A DNA stretch of 64,000 nucleotides from contig CP068257.2 in the NCBI GenBank assembly GCA_009914755.4, positions 33,472,001-33,536,000 on the forward strand, given 5' to 3'. Of the stretch, positions 1 to 11,600 are shown piece after piece. Positions within the stretch are counted from its first letter, which is position 1. Each line of letters opens with the position of its first letter. Both the position numbers and the translations under genes were made by a program. Source of the DNA: the human T2T-CHM13v2.0 reference genome, Homo sapiens. The notes below the pieces were generated by a model that worked only from the letters and a program-made list of their open reading frames with translations, was not told the DNA's origin and did no database searches.

Positions 1-1544
1 AACCAATCCTGAGAGTTAGAATCAGAAGTGTTAAACTTCAGTAAAAATGCTCACTTAAAAACACTAAAAATTCTATAGGACAAATTTGTCTAACAATTGA
101 AAAGCATTATTCTTGTCAAATAATTTTTACCATGCTGGATCTTGAGTGAGAATTCAATTTTAGTGTGGTAACATCTTTTTGCAAGATAAAGAGCATAAGA
201 TGCTGACTGAGCTGTCTTCTATGATGTAACTAATAACATGTCAGAAAAACATGCCTAATAAAACAATACTTATGATTATTTTGCATTTACATTTTGATTT
301 AGCTCTTTGTTACATATAAATACAGAAACTAGATAAGATAAATTTCTGGGCTTTAAAGGGAAGTTGGAACAAGGGGATCAATTTGTTAAAATTGTTTTCA
401 TTATGTTTCTGTATTTTATTATATAATAAAATAATAATAAGGAAATTAATTCTTCATAATTTTATAACATATCAGTGCTGAAAGCACGCAGTCTCATTTT
501 AATTTTTCTCCTTTTTATTCAGAAACATTGATGCTATTCACTGTTGTTTCATCCCCACAATAACCGTGTAAAGTGGAATTGGAATGAATGACTCCTTTTG
601 AAAGGTGAAAAAACTGTGATGCAGGGGACATTAACCTACTATTCCAAAATTACACTTCTAGTGCAGTGCAGACCAAGGGCCAGATGCACATTTTGTAACA
701 TTGATTAAGGTCTGTTTTTTCTACCAAGTTCACCTTCGCCTCCGCTACCTTGATTTTGGTTAAGAAAACTTAGGATCGTCAATTTCTAGTCAACTCTGGC
801 AGAGCTAGAACACTGCAAAAAGGAAACTTGTGTGATAGGACAAAGCTGGGTTGAAATGGCTGGAGATCTGTATTCAGGCAGGGTTGGGTCTACAACCAAA
901 CTATAAGGCAAGAAATAGAAAAAGGATAGTCACCCCACCAAAGTTTTATTGACTTTTTAAAACACAGAAAATGAGAAATAGGTAGAACAAGATACTGACA
1001 ATGTAGTCTCAAGATGGCACATCGATTTCTTAAAAGGTTCCATTGTTTCATAAAACCAAAACTTAAAATCTCCTACTATGTCTCTACTTCTCTCCTAAAA
1101 TCCAGTTTTTCTGAGTTATTCCTAGCAGTGCTGCCTTGTGAAAATCTTGGTTTTATGAGGAGCACAAGAAGGAGAAAGATTCTATGAAGGAAACCTCAAC
1201 TCTGAACAGAAACTCAAGCTGGCTATCAAAGATCTCTCAGATGCTCAACTGCATGACCCCGTGACTATTCTCAAAAAGCCTTGACTTACTGTCTTTGCAC
1301 AGATCCAAACTCCTAATTCCCCATCTGTCCATTTCAGAGCTCCCTGCCTACCCTTTAAAACGGATGGAAAATCACGTGATTGTAAATCACACTCTCATTT
1401 GCATTCAATGACTTGGTGACCACAAGATAAACTGGTTGGGATGTTTTGGGTTCATTCTTGGGATACTTTGGGTTCATTCTGCATGGGTGCAAAAAATACT
1501 TCAACCAGTTAGGACTCCCTTCCCCTCTCTCCTGACCCAATTGG

Positions 1545-1546
<2 letters not shown>

Positions 1547-1577
<31 letters not shown>
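1547..1577. repeat. poly(T) homopolymer (~31 nt)
   Basis: Uninterrupted T run read directly. There is no Alu body next to it, so it is not an Alu tail. Confidence 0.9.
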
Positions 1578-2837
1578 CTGATTTTTAGTTCTTATTGTCA
1601 CCCATTTGCTCCAGAGACTGGAACTAATCTATTATCCTGTCTCTAATACCTGTTATTTTCCCACTAGTTTCCATCTCAGGGATTGGCATTTTTGTCCAGA
1701 ACCCAGGATCTTTCCCTCCTACATATTCTTTCTAACTTCTGTCCTCTTTCCACCTTTTTGAAGAGCCTCAGGGGTGGGGACTGCATGCACAATCATGTAA
1801 GCTCTTGCTAGGTTCTGACCTCATAAGTGGACCCAGAGATGACTCCCATTGAAATCCTCTGCCAGAATCCTGATATAATTTTGTTATCTTCCATAAAGTT
1901 TGGGGGTAGATGGTTTTACCTTTGGTGCAACAGATGGTTTGTGTCGTGAAGGACCCAGGCTGTTTCTATTCTTTTTTCTCTGTGATCTTCGACCAGTTGG
2001 CTTTTTCTCTTCATACTTGTCACCTCACAGTCATAAGATGCCTGATGTAGCTCCAGATGACGGACTCTTATTCCAGCTATCCAAGCAGGAAGGAAGAAAC
2101 TGACACAAAAGGCATTTTCCTAAGCTGGCTTTTGATTCAAAAAGTGAAGCCCTTTTTGTTTCATTGTGGAGAACTAAGACATGTTCTCATCTCTTGTTAA
2201 TCACTGGTGAAGGAGATTAGGATTTCCATGGCTGGTTCTGGCCAAGCAGGATCTATCCTGACTTCAGGATGGGCCTAGTTCCTGGGGATGAAAGGACTTC
2301 TCTTTAACATTTGGAATACAAAATTGGGAGGGAACTGCTATGAGGTAAACATGGAACCATTAAACCAATCTAAAGTTGGGCTTTGCACTCAGGAACTCTG
2401 CTCCTAGAAGGTAGGTTCAACTCTCCATATGCTTATTTGCCCTTGGCTACTTCCCACTGTTAAGTACAAAATAAACACTGAATGCATGCATGCATCATGC
2501 ATGAACGAGTGGACACGAGTGAGTCAACGCATGGATGTATGAGTGATTGCATGAATGCTTTTCTCCCTTGCTTTTGTCAGACTTACCAGAACCTTCCTGT
2601 TTATTCCCCTCTGTGGAGGGGCTACTTTGAGTTTTATTGTCACATCTGCTCATGTATTTTATCATTCTGCCTTCTTTATTTATAATTGTAAACTCTTGCA
2701 CTTCCAGAAAGCCTGTCTCTCTCGTGTCCCTTTTTCTGAGGCAGGCTACTCCTCTTCAAGTCCCTTCCCTTTCTTCACTGCTCCTCCCCCTCAGCAGTGT
2801 TCTCCTAGCTGGTCTGCCTGCCACTAGTTTAACGCTT

Positions 2838-3792
2838 ATTTTTAAAAGTCATGTTTATTAAAGTGTAACTTAAGTATGTTAAAATACACTTATTTAAGTG
2901 TAGAGTTGGATGAGCTTTGACAAACAGCTGTGAAATTATCACTGCAAACTTGATACAGATCATCTTCACCACCACCAAAGTCTCCCTTTGCTCCCTCCAG
3001 CTTCTTGGTAGTCAATCCTCTCCTACTGCCACTGGCACTTGAGGACCACTAATCTGATATCTGTTCCCATATCTTTGCCTTTTCCATAATGTCCATAACA
3101 TAGTAAGGAGCCTTTCAAATCTACCTTCTTTCACCTAGCATAATGCAGTGAGACTCATCGATGTTGTAACATGTATCAGTAATTGTTTCTTTTTAATTAT
3201 TGAGTATTCCATTGTATGGATATACCACAACTTGTTTATTGATTTACCAGCTGATGGACATCTGTATCATTTCTAGTTTTTGACTATTATACATAATGGT
3301 GCTATAAACATTTACCAACAAGTCTTTGTGTTGACATATTTTTATTTCTCTTGGGTACCCATCTAAGAGTGGAATAGCTGGGTCATGTGGTAAGTCTACG
3401 TTTGTCTTTTTAGGAAAAGGCCAAGCTGTTTGCAAACTGGATATTCCATTTTCTATTTCCATCAGAAAATTTGGGGGTTCCAGTTTTTCTACATTCTTTT
3501 CAACACTTGTATTTGTCTGTCTTTTTTATTTCAGCTGTCTTACTGGATATGATGTAGTATTTCACTGTAGTTTTATTTTGTGTTTTCCTAATGATCCTGA
3601 TCATCTTTTTATGTTCCTGCACATCCTCTTTGGTGAAACGTCTGTTCAAATCTCTTGCCTATTTTTAAATTGGGCTATTTGTCTTCTAATTATGAGCTGT
3701 AAGAATTACTTATACATTCTGAACACAATTCTTGTATCAAAGATGTGATTTAAAAATATGTTCTTTCAATCTGTGGCATGTCCTTCTATATT

Positions 3793-3795
<3 letters not shown>
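2838..3795 (-). mobile_element. LINE-1 3' fragment (older L1M/L1PB-like): ORF2 C-terminus plus 3'UTR
   Basis: The reverse complement reads like the L1 ORF2 end and 3'UTR. The minus-strand ORF at 3244..3462 translates to an ORF2 C-terminal-like peptide (...NVDLPHDPAIPLLDGYPREIK...). The left end carries the L1M-type tail region (...ttaataaacatgac...). Confidence 0.8.

Positions 3796-3832
<37 letters not shown>
3796..3832. repeat. (CT)n microsatellite
   Basis: Run of tctctc... read directly. It abuts the L1 fragment on one side and the Alu piece on the other. Confidence 0.9.
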
Positions 3833-3834
3833 CA

Positions 3835-3990
3835 GAGATAGGGTCTTGCTCTGTTTTCCAGGCTGGAGTGCAGTGGTACGATCAGAGCTCACTGTAGCCT
3901 CAACCTCCTGGGTTAACATGATCCTCCTGCCTCAGCTTCCTGAGTACGTAGGACTATAAGCAGGCACTACCATACCCAGTGAAAATTTTT
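3835..3990 (-). mobile_element. Alu 3' half (5'-truncated), antisense
   Basis: gagatagggtcttgctctgttttccaggctggagtgcagtgg... is the reverse complement of the Alu right arm. It ends in the A-rich linker region (...cccagtgaaaatttttt). Confidence 0.8.
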
Positions 3991-4116
3991 TAATTTGAAA
4001 AGAATTTATTTGAAATAAAGTATAACAAAGATTTATTTGTACATTTCACCAAGAGTTGGTTGCATTTTCAACTCCTTTTCCCTAAAACTAGATGACTTTA
4101 ATGTAGGTAGTTTCTT

Positions 4117-4153
4117 TTTAATTTAATTTAATTTAACTTAATTTAATTTAATA
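4117..4153. repeat. (TTAAT)n-like simple repeat, probably the degenerate A-rich tail of the adjacent minus-strand L1
   Basis: Run of aatttaatttaatttaacttaatttaatttaat. Confidence 0.75.
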
Positions 4154-4587
4154 AAGTTCCAGGATACCTGTGCAGGACAGGTAGGTTTGTTACATAGGTA
4201 AACATGTGCCATGGTAGTTTGCTGCACCTATCAACCCATCACCTAAGTATTAAGCCCCACATGCATTAGCTATTTATCCTGATGTTCTTCCTCCCTCTGC
4301 CCCCACAACAGGCCCCACTGTGTGCTGTTCCCCTCCCCGTGTCCATGTGTTCTCATTGTTCAGTTCGCACTTATAAGTGAGAACATGCAGTGTTTAGTTT
4401 CTGTTCTTGTGTTAGTTTGTTGAGGATAATGGCTTCCAGCTCCATCCGTGTCCCTGCTCCATCCGGGGACATCCATGTCCCTACAGGATAAATAGCTAAT
4501 GCATTGTTCCTTTTTATGGCTGCATAGTATTCCATGGTGTATATGTACCACATTTTCTTTATGCAGTCTATCATCGATGGGCATTTG
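4154..4587 (-). mobile_element. LINE-1 (L1PA-type) 3'-end fragment
   Basis: The reverse complement matches the primate L1 3' end (...caaatgcccatcgatgatagactgcataaagaaaatgtggtacatatacaccatggaatactatgcagcc...; ...acctatgtaacaaacctacctgtcctgcacaggtatcc...). Confidence 0.85.
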
Positions 4588-4597
4588 ATACTTGATT

Positions 4598-4730
4598 AAT
4601 TTTTCAACTTCTTGTAGAGATGAGATCTCACTATGTTAATCAGGCTGGTCTTGAACTCCTGGCCTCAAGTGATCCTCCTGCGTTGTCTCCCAAAGCTCTG
4701 AGATTACAGGCATGAACCATTGTTCAGGCC
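4598..4730 (-). mobile_element. Free left Alu monomer (FLAM-like) fragment
   Basis: gagatgagatctcactatgttaatcaggctggtcttgaactcctggcctcaagtgatcctcctgc...tcccaaagctctgagattacaggcatgaacc is the reverse complement of the Alu left arm only. Confidence 0.65.
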
Positions 4731-5589
4731 CCTTCTATTTCCTTGTGTTGCCTTTTGAAAAAGAAAAGTTTAAAGTTTTGATGGGAAGAGAAGGTACTGG
4801 CTGGGTATTTCTTCCTCTCTCTCCACTTGAGTGGCAGCTCTAGCCAGGGCTGCTTCTACCCCGTGGTTCCAATCCATGGGCTCTATAAACTAGATTGTTT
4901 CCCTTTTCTCCTCCAATCTCAGGCTGGAGTGACTCCTTTATGCTCATCTCTGGGCAGTCTGGTCTTTCCCTTGAATGTCCACTTCTTTCAGCAATTCTGC
5001 AGTTCTGAGTGACATAATACTGCTGCCAGATATAACATCTTAAAACCCCTGTTAGCGTCTCTCTTTTGCAATATTCATCATGTCTAATTTTTTTATAAGC
5101 CCCTAAAGGCCCTTAGTAATCTAACTCTAGATAAACCACTATATTGTTCTTTTGCACACCTTCTCCTACCATGAAATACTCTTACCTTTAGTGTAATGCA
5201 TAACCCACATAAACTTGCTCTCCTCTTCTAGACTGTGGTTTAGTTCCACGATGGCAGGAGTCATCTGCAACTCCTGTTTTTCTATCTCCAGATAGCAGTT
5301 CCATACATCTATGATTTGCATCATACAACAGGAGCCTACTGCTCACCAGAAGGGAATGTTTAGTGATAACAGTGTAAGAAATGTCAAGGTATGTCCAAGT
5401 GAAGAAAAGGCCATTTGTAGACTCAATCTTGTTGGCCAGTGGCTTATCCACCAGGAGGAGTTTAAGACAGTCCTTCTATTGTCAGAGCACAGGTTGCTGC
5501 TGTGGGCAGAAATATCTGCAGGGAGTGTATGCTCAGAGCAAAGTGTGGCATGTGACGTCAACACCATGTGAAGCTTCTTTGCTATTCTT

Positions 5590-5685
5590 GCTTCATCTAC
5601 CTTCTTCCCCCACCCTCTGCCCACCTGACCCCTACACATATTCACACATAAACACACACATGCACGCATACACACAGTTTTTCTC
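5590..5685. repeat. CA/C-rich low-complexity tract
   Basis: Run of ...cacatattcacacataaacacacacatgcacgcatacacaca. Confidence 0.7.
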
Positions 5686-5744
5686 TTCTCTACCTAGAAA
5701 TTGCTATTTACTTGCTAGGGTCTGAATGCTTGTGTACCTGCAAA

Positions 5745-6471
5745 ATTCATGTGTTGAAATCCTAAGTCTCAAGGTGATGGTATTAGGAGGCAGGGCCTTT
5801 GGGAAGACACTCGGTGTATTAGGCTGTTCTTGTGTTGGTATAAAAAATACCTGAGGCTGGGTAATTCATAAAGAAAAGAGGTTTAATTGGCTTATGGTTT
5901 TGCAGGCTGTACAGAAGCATGGTGCTGGCATCGGCTCAGCTTCTGGTGAGGCCTCAAAGAGCTTTTATTCATGGTGGAAGATGAAGCGGGAGCAGCATGT
6001 CACCTCATGAGAGCAGGAGCAAAAGAGAGAGGAGGGAGATGCCACACACTTTTGAACAACCAGATATTGTGTGAACTCTGTCATCACCAAAGGGATGGGC
6101 TAAGCCATTTATAAGGATCCACTCCCATGATGCAAACACCTCCTACCAGGCCCCACTTCCAACATCAGGGATCACATTTCAACATGAGATTTGGAGGAAA
6201 CAAATATCCAAACTATATCACCAAGACATGAAGGAAGAGCTCTGAAGTTAGTGCTCTTAAAAGAGATCCCAGAGAGAGCCTTGCTTCTTCGACCATGTGA
6301 AGACACAGCAAGAAGGCACCATTTATGAACCAGGACATAAACCCTCACCAGACAAACATCCTGGTGCCTTGATCTTGGACTTTCCAGGCTCCAGAACCAT
6401 GATAAATAAATTTCTGGGGTTTAAAATTTACCCAGTTTGTGGTCTTTTGCTATAGCATCCTGGACTAAGAT
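5745..6471. mobile_element. ERVL-MaLR-type solo LTR (MST/MLT-like), split in two by a nested LTR insertion
   Basis: Left part: atgtgttgaaatcctaagtctcaaggtgatggtattaggaggcagggcctttgggaag... Right part: ...cttcgaccatgtgaagacacagcaagaaggcaccatttatgaaccagga...ccagaaccatgataaataaatttctgggg...gctatagcatcctggactaagatg. Together these match one MaLR LTR family consensus as I recall it. The two halves are separated by the element at 5824-6220. Confidence 0.55.
5824..6220 (-). mobile_element. THE1/MST-like MaLR solo LTR nested inside another MaLR LTR
   Basis: This piece reads as the reverse complement of the THE1/MST LTR consensus: ...tacctgaggctgggtaattcataaagaaaagaggtttaattggc...ccactcccatgatgcaaacacctcc...caacatgagatttggaggaaacaaatatccaaactatatca. 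It is about 397 bp, the typical solo-LTR size. Confidence 0.65.
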
Positions 6472-8361
6472 GTTACTCCTGAAAATTCAGACTACTATGT
6501 TATTCCCTCTGAGAAGGTTCCGCTAAGCATAATTAATAGTTCCTTCTGGGTTCCTATGAGAATGTGGGCATATTCCTTACAGGCACTTAGCACACTGAAT
6601 GTAATTAGCTGTGTGTCTGTCTCCCTCACTAGACAGACAGTTTGGTTTTTTAGGGGTGAGACCACCACGTCGCATACCTTTTCATCTTCAGAGCTGGCAC
6701 AGAAGGATCTTAGCACATATTTGCTGAGTGAATGCAATCCCTTTCAGTCTGATGTATTTTCATGCAGAGATGTGGTGGAAAAAAATGTGTAAAACCTGAA
6801 CTTGGTTCTGTACTGATTATTATCTAATTTCTGTAGAAATGTGAGGTGAACCAGGTCATAACAGCCCATTTCAATGTATCTTTTGGACAAGGGAAACAAT
6901 TTCCCAACCATTTGCAGCTTGTTCTATTGTTTCCATTAGTCATACAAACCTTCCCTCACCCTTCAACATAAGCATGTCAAGATAGCTGCCCTCCAAATTT
7001 TATTTTGAGCAAATGTCTTATTTTTAGAGCTTTATGCAATCATATAAAATCCTTTAATTTAGAAATTCTGGCTACACTGGGCACACTGCCTAGTAGCCAT
7101 GCTCTGCAAGGAGCAGTAAAAAAATAAAAATAAAGAAATTCTGCATTCTAGAAAACTCCTCCCCATAGCTAAAATAAATATAAATTTGAATAACATTTTC
7201 AGACTTATCTTTCTACAGTCCTACTTCACTGCTTCCTTGAGTTCTCTGTTACCCATTGCAATGCCTACCAAAGTTTCTTGATGTTCAACTAAATCTTCAT
7301 GCTCATAAATTATCACTTGATATTCAACTCTTAGAGGATACAGAACAGGAGACACAGTTTGCTAGCCTAGTGGCATTCAGCATTCCTGTTAGTTGAAGTT
7401 CTTGCAACAGTCGTCTACACAGCAGGGAGATGAATCCACATTGGCTCCCATGAAATTTACCCTGGCTTCCAAGCTCTATACCAGCATATCTTGCAAGATC
7501 TCCAGAGGTATAACTCCTTCTACGATCCACTTAAGGATTATAAGAGTCACCACACTCTTATAATTCTTCTTTAGGGAAATCTCAAAACAGGGTACCCTAA
7601 TTGGGTTCATTTGTAGTCTTCACCAGTGCAGATGTGAGCTACCCATCAGGGTTATTTTTATGTTAATGAATGTCACCCAGGAGTACAGCTAACATCATAT
7701 CAGGTACCAGGAGAACACAGCTAATCAAAGGATGAATTCTGACATAGAAGGTGAGAAGGTTTAGCTGGTTAACCCTTTGCCCACATCCATATCAGGTAAA
7801 AAACAAATTTAGCACAGCATTCAAGAGCATCCACAGCCACAGGTCCAGGAGGCTTTCTGGGTTTATTCACCCTCCCCCCTCATCTTAAGCATCAGTTACA
7901 TCTAATGTCTCAACCCTATCTGGAAACACATTGCTCATATGTCTTACCTCAAAGGCTTTCCTACTTATAAAGTTTCCTCCTCTGCCATTTTCACTCTCTC
8001 TCTTTTTCAACTCATATTTCCTTGTGAAGCTCCTAACCATATGTGACCCACTTCTGCTAAATGTTCTCTGAAATGACTCCCTAGACACAGTTAGTCATTC
8101 TCATACATCTGCCCCCAATGACCTTTATTTACACCATTATTTAAAATGAAAAAAAGACAGGAGGAAAGAAACTAGATGTTATCACCTTGAATTTTAGTGA
8201 TTTTTTTCTTTATCTTTGAATCCCATACGTAGCAGAGTGTGAGCATGTGGTCAGTACCCTACAAATATTGTTGAGAATGTCTTGGAATCATATGGATCCC
8301 AATAATCTCCTAGAAAATCTATGAACCATTTTAAAGGTAAAACAGCCCTGGTTCACAATGT

Positions 8362-8600
8362 TTCATAAATGTTTACAATAATAGCGAGTACTTCTGGAGT
8401 GCTTAATTTCTGGCCACAGTTTATATTTTCTTGGTTAATCCTTGGCATACCCCTATGAGATATGCACCGTTACAGGCTCCATTCAACTGATAAGGACACT
8501 TAGGTTCAGAGATGTTGAGTGATTTGTCCATGATCACACAGCTGTCAGAAGTGGAGCTGGGACTCCAACCCAGGGAGGACGTCTACAGAGCCTAGTTCAC
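8362..8600 (-). mobile_element. MIR SINE
   Basis: acttaggttcagagatgttgagtgatttgtccatgatcacacagctgtcagaagtggagctgggactccaacccagg matches the reverse complement of the MIR core (actgaggctcagagaggttaagtaacttgcccaaggtcacacagctagtaagtggcagagccgggattcgaacccagg). Confidence 0.75.
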
Positions 8601-11600
8601 ACATCTCTGTTCTTCCATCCTTAAACCTTGTAGAATGCAGTGGAGGAGCAAGGCAAGCTGCGGGCCATGGGGATTCTTTATTCTGATTATCTGAAAAGAC
8701 CAAAGAGTTTAGACTGCTCACTGGGCTTCCCTTCTCCCCACTGTCCATGGAGAACAATGTCAAGGTCAGCTTTAAATTTCACCACGTATGGTCTCATTGG
8801 AACAACTGATGAGTAGAATAGTCCATTTATTGTCTTATTTGAGAACTCTGTAGAGATTAGTTTTATAACATTAGTAAAATACACCTCAACATTTTGACTT
8901 TTTGCCTCAAAGATCATTTTAACAATTTGAGTCACTGTGATGGGAGTTTAATATTTTTAAGCAGCATATTGACAAGTGTTTCATACACAAAGAAGCCAAG
9001 ACAGAATTGAAGCTTACAGTGTCAGGGAGATAGTTTGCCTACTGTTAATATTTGTGTCACTGGGTTTGTAACTTTACATATGATCACAAACGTTATGTTA
9101 CATATTAACATAAACATCCTCAATATTCAAATCTATCTGTGTTTCATTTGCATGGTGTAAGAGTGATAGCATCTGTCACTTAAAGAGGTTGCCTAACAGT
9201 CTTTAATCCAAAATAGAAATGTGTGAGATTTTATCCTTTTCTTTGATGCTTTGTAATTATACAAGTTATATTTTATCCAAGTTTATATCCATCAATTTTT
9301 ATCTAAGTTTATATCCATCAGGTACATCAAAATAAAAATATTTTAATTACCTCTTGAAATAATTTGTCCAAGTCAATAAGTGGCATGAATTACATCACTG
9401 AGGCCATAACAAGGATACACAAACATGGCAGAATCACACAGATTGTTTGTCTACACAAACAAGATGGTAGAATCCATCCTGTTACTGAGACTTTTCCAGA
9501 AAAGCCTATTATTTCTGCAAGCAGATGTGGTTTAATCTTATTTGAATGGTATTTTTGATATAACGTGCCTGGGAATTAGGTAATGAAATTGGCTGTGTGC
9601 ATTCATGTGTTCATTTGTTCAGGCATGTATAGAGCCTTCTGTAGTGAGCTTTATTCTGCAGGATAGACTATAATGGTACTTTCTTCATTGCTACAGTCTT
9701 GGCTTGCAATGCTTTTTTCTTGCTGACCTAAAACCCATCTCTAGACCTAAGGAAATTTATTTTCTAACACCTTGAGATAGTAATATGCTGTGTGTGGAGG
9801 AGATAAGATCATCACTTAAATAAAAGCTAACACTGAGACTTTCTCCTCCCTGGCCATCTGCACATTGGACAATACCTGACTCCAACCTAAAATAATCAAC
9901 TCCAGAGTTATACTTAATGCCTCTGGCAGGCCTGCCTATTGCCAGAGAGTTTTGGGCCTAGGAATAAAGGCAACAAGGATTGGCCATTTCTGGAGGTAGG
10001 AAGCAAATGGAAACTCATAATTTTCAGATGGCTCTGCATCTTTGGGGTAAGAACTGGATGTTTGGGGTGTTTTATAGACTATATTTATTTGTCCATCTAT
10101 AGCTCCCTACCCTCCATCTCCCTCTCTCTCTCTCTTCCTCTCACCCCTCCCATCTATTATTTATCTCATTTTAGGTCATTCTTAACATAGCTGTAGAAAA
10201 AGTAAACCTTCTGGTGTGTTTTAATTCTGGATCCCTCAGGGTGACCTTTGGTCTTTGGGAACTGTGGTTTATGCTGGTGCTGAGGGTGGCCATGCAGCTG
10301 TGGAGACAGGGAGGGATAGAGGGGGTGTAAATGCACTTTATCTTCATGGCACTCCATCTTGTGACTCCTGGCATGTCACAGTGTGTACTGCGGTCCCATG
10401 GACTCAACTGGGCTTTTATAAATAATTTGCATTGTTCATTTAGTTGCAGTTTAAACTACAATATATGGAGGTTTAAAGAAAAATCAAGTTACCACTGGGG
10501 TGTTTTGCTCTGTTTGCAAATAAACCTCTCTTCCTATATAGAGGAATATAAAAACTTAACCCAATAATATGATATAAAGAAAAAACTGTAGCCAATATGT
10601 TTGGGTTAGATTAAATAAACAAGTGTGCTTATTACACTTTTACTATTTTTTTTTTTGTGGTTTTATTATAAAGTAAGAAATCCCCTATCACAAATAATAC
10701 CTTATTTTTATAGACTCCTATCCTAGGGCTGTCAAAGAGCTTAATTCCAGGGATGAAACTTCATTCTCACAGGAATCACCTGGGGAAAATGTATATTTAG
10801 GCCTTTTAATCTCCATGTCTCAAAGCATAAAACTAGTGATGCCATAGATTAGCTCCTCCTTTCCCTGAAATGCAACATGCACTGTACATGCATGCGCTGT
10901 ACTGTAAAGGAGCATCACATGCATGTAGAGTGTGCAGGGAAGACAGGAAATGAAAATGCATCTCCCTGAGCTGTAGTTGGTTTAGGTAAGAGTTTATGGA
11001 AAATACGATTATTGACTGGTATGTATTTCAATGTGTGTTAGGTGGAGTTGCTCATGGACTCTTAGAGTTGAAGTGGAACAGACAGGTCTCCCAGCTCTCC
11101 AGCTCTGTTAAACAAGAGAAAGATGCTTGTGATGCCTCAGCTCAACTGTAATGAGGTCAACTCCTATCACTGCCGTTTCATCTCAGTGTTGATTCAGAAC
11201 GCTTCCAGTTAAGTCCAACGCCCAAATCATCCTCACAAATTCCGTTAAGCCACAGCTCCCTCATCTTACTCTACACCCCCTCAGAGGTTTATTCTCATTC
11301 CACCCACTCTTAATTTCCCGCGGTCCTCCCAGAACTTCGGTTCCTCCATTTGCTTTCAGTCCATCTGGATCCACCTGGCTTTACTTCCCTCTTTATCCAG
11401 CCCGGCCTCCTTGGTTGCCAGGGTTTGTCAGTTCTCACTGGTAATCTCTCTCCCTCCTTGTCTACTTGTCATTCAGAGCTGGCAAAATTCCACCTGGGAA
11501 CCCATACATCATTGGCCTTCTCCACTCTCAAGCCTGGGGGCTGAGCCCAGCTGGAGAAAATCACTAAGATCCTTCAACCAGTCCCACCAGGAAGCTCCCG

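Noticed and set aside
1547-1577. 31-nt poly(T) as the tail of an antisense Alu or L1
   Set aside because: No Alu or L1 body follows it. The downstream sequence is an unidentified, possibly old, repeat, so it is simply a homopolymer tract.
8362-8600. tRNA-like words (ggttcgaatcc-type T-arm motifs) as possible tRNA genes
   Set aside because: They occur only as part of MIR SINE cores, which are tRNA-derived. No complete cloverleaf-compatible ~72-nt unit with anticodon arm and CCA-compatible end was found.
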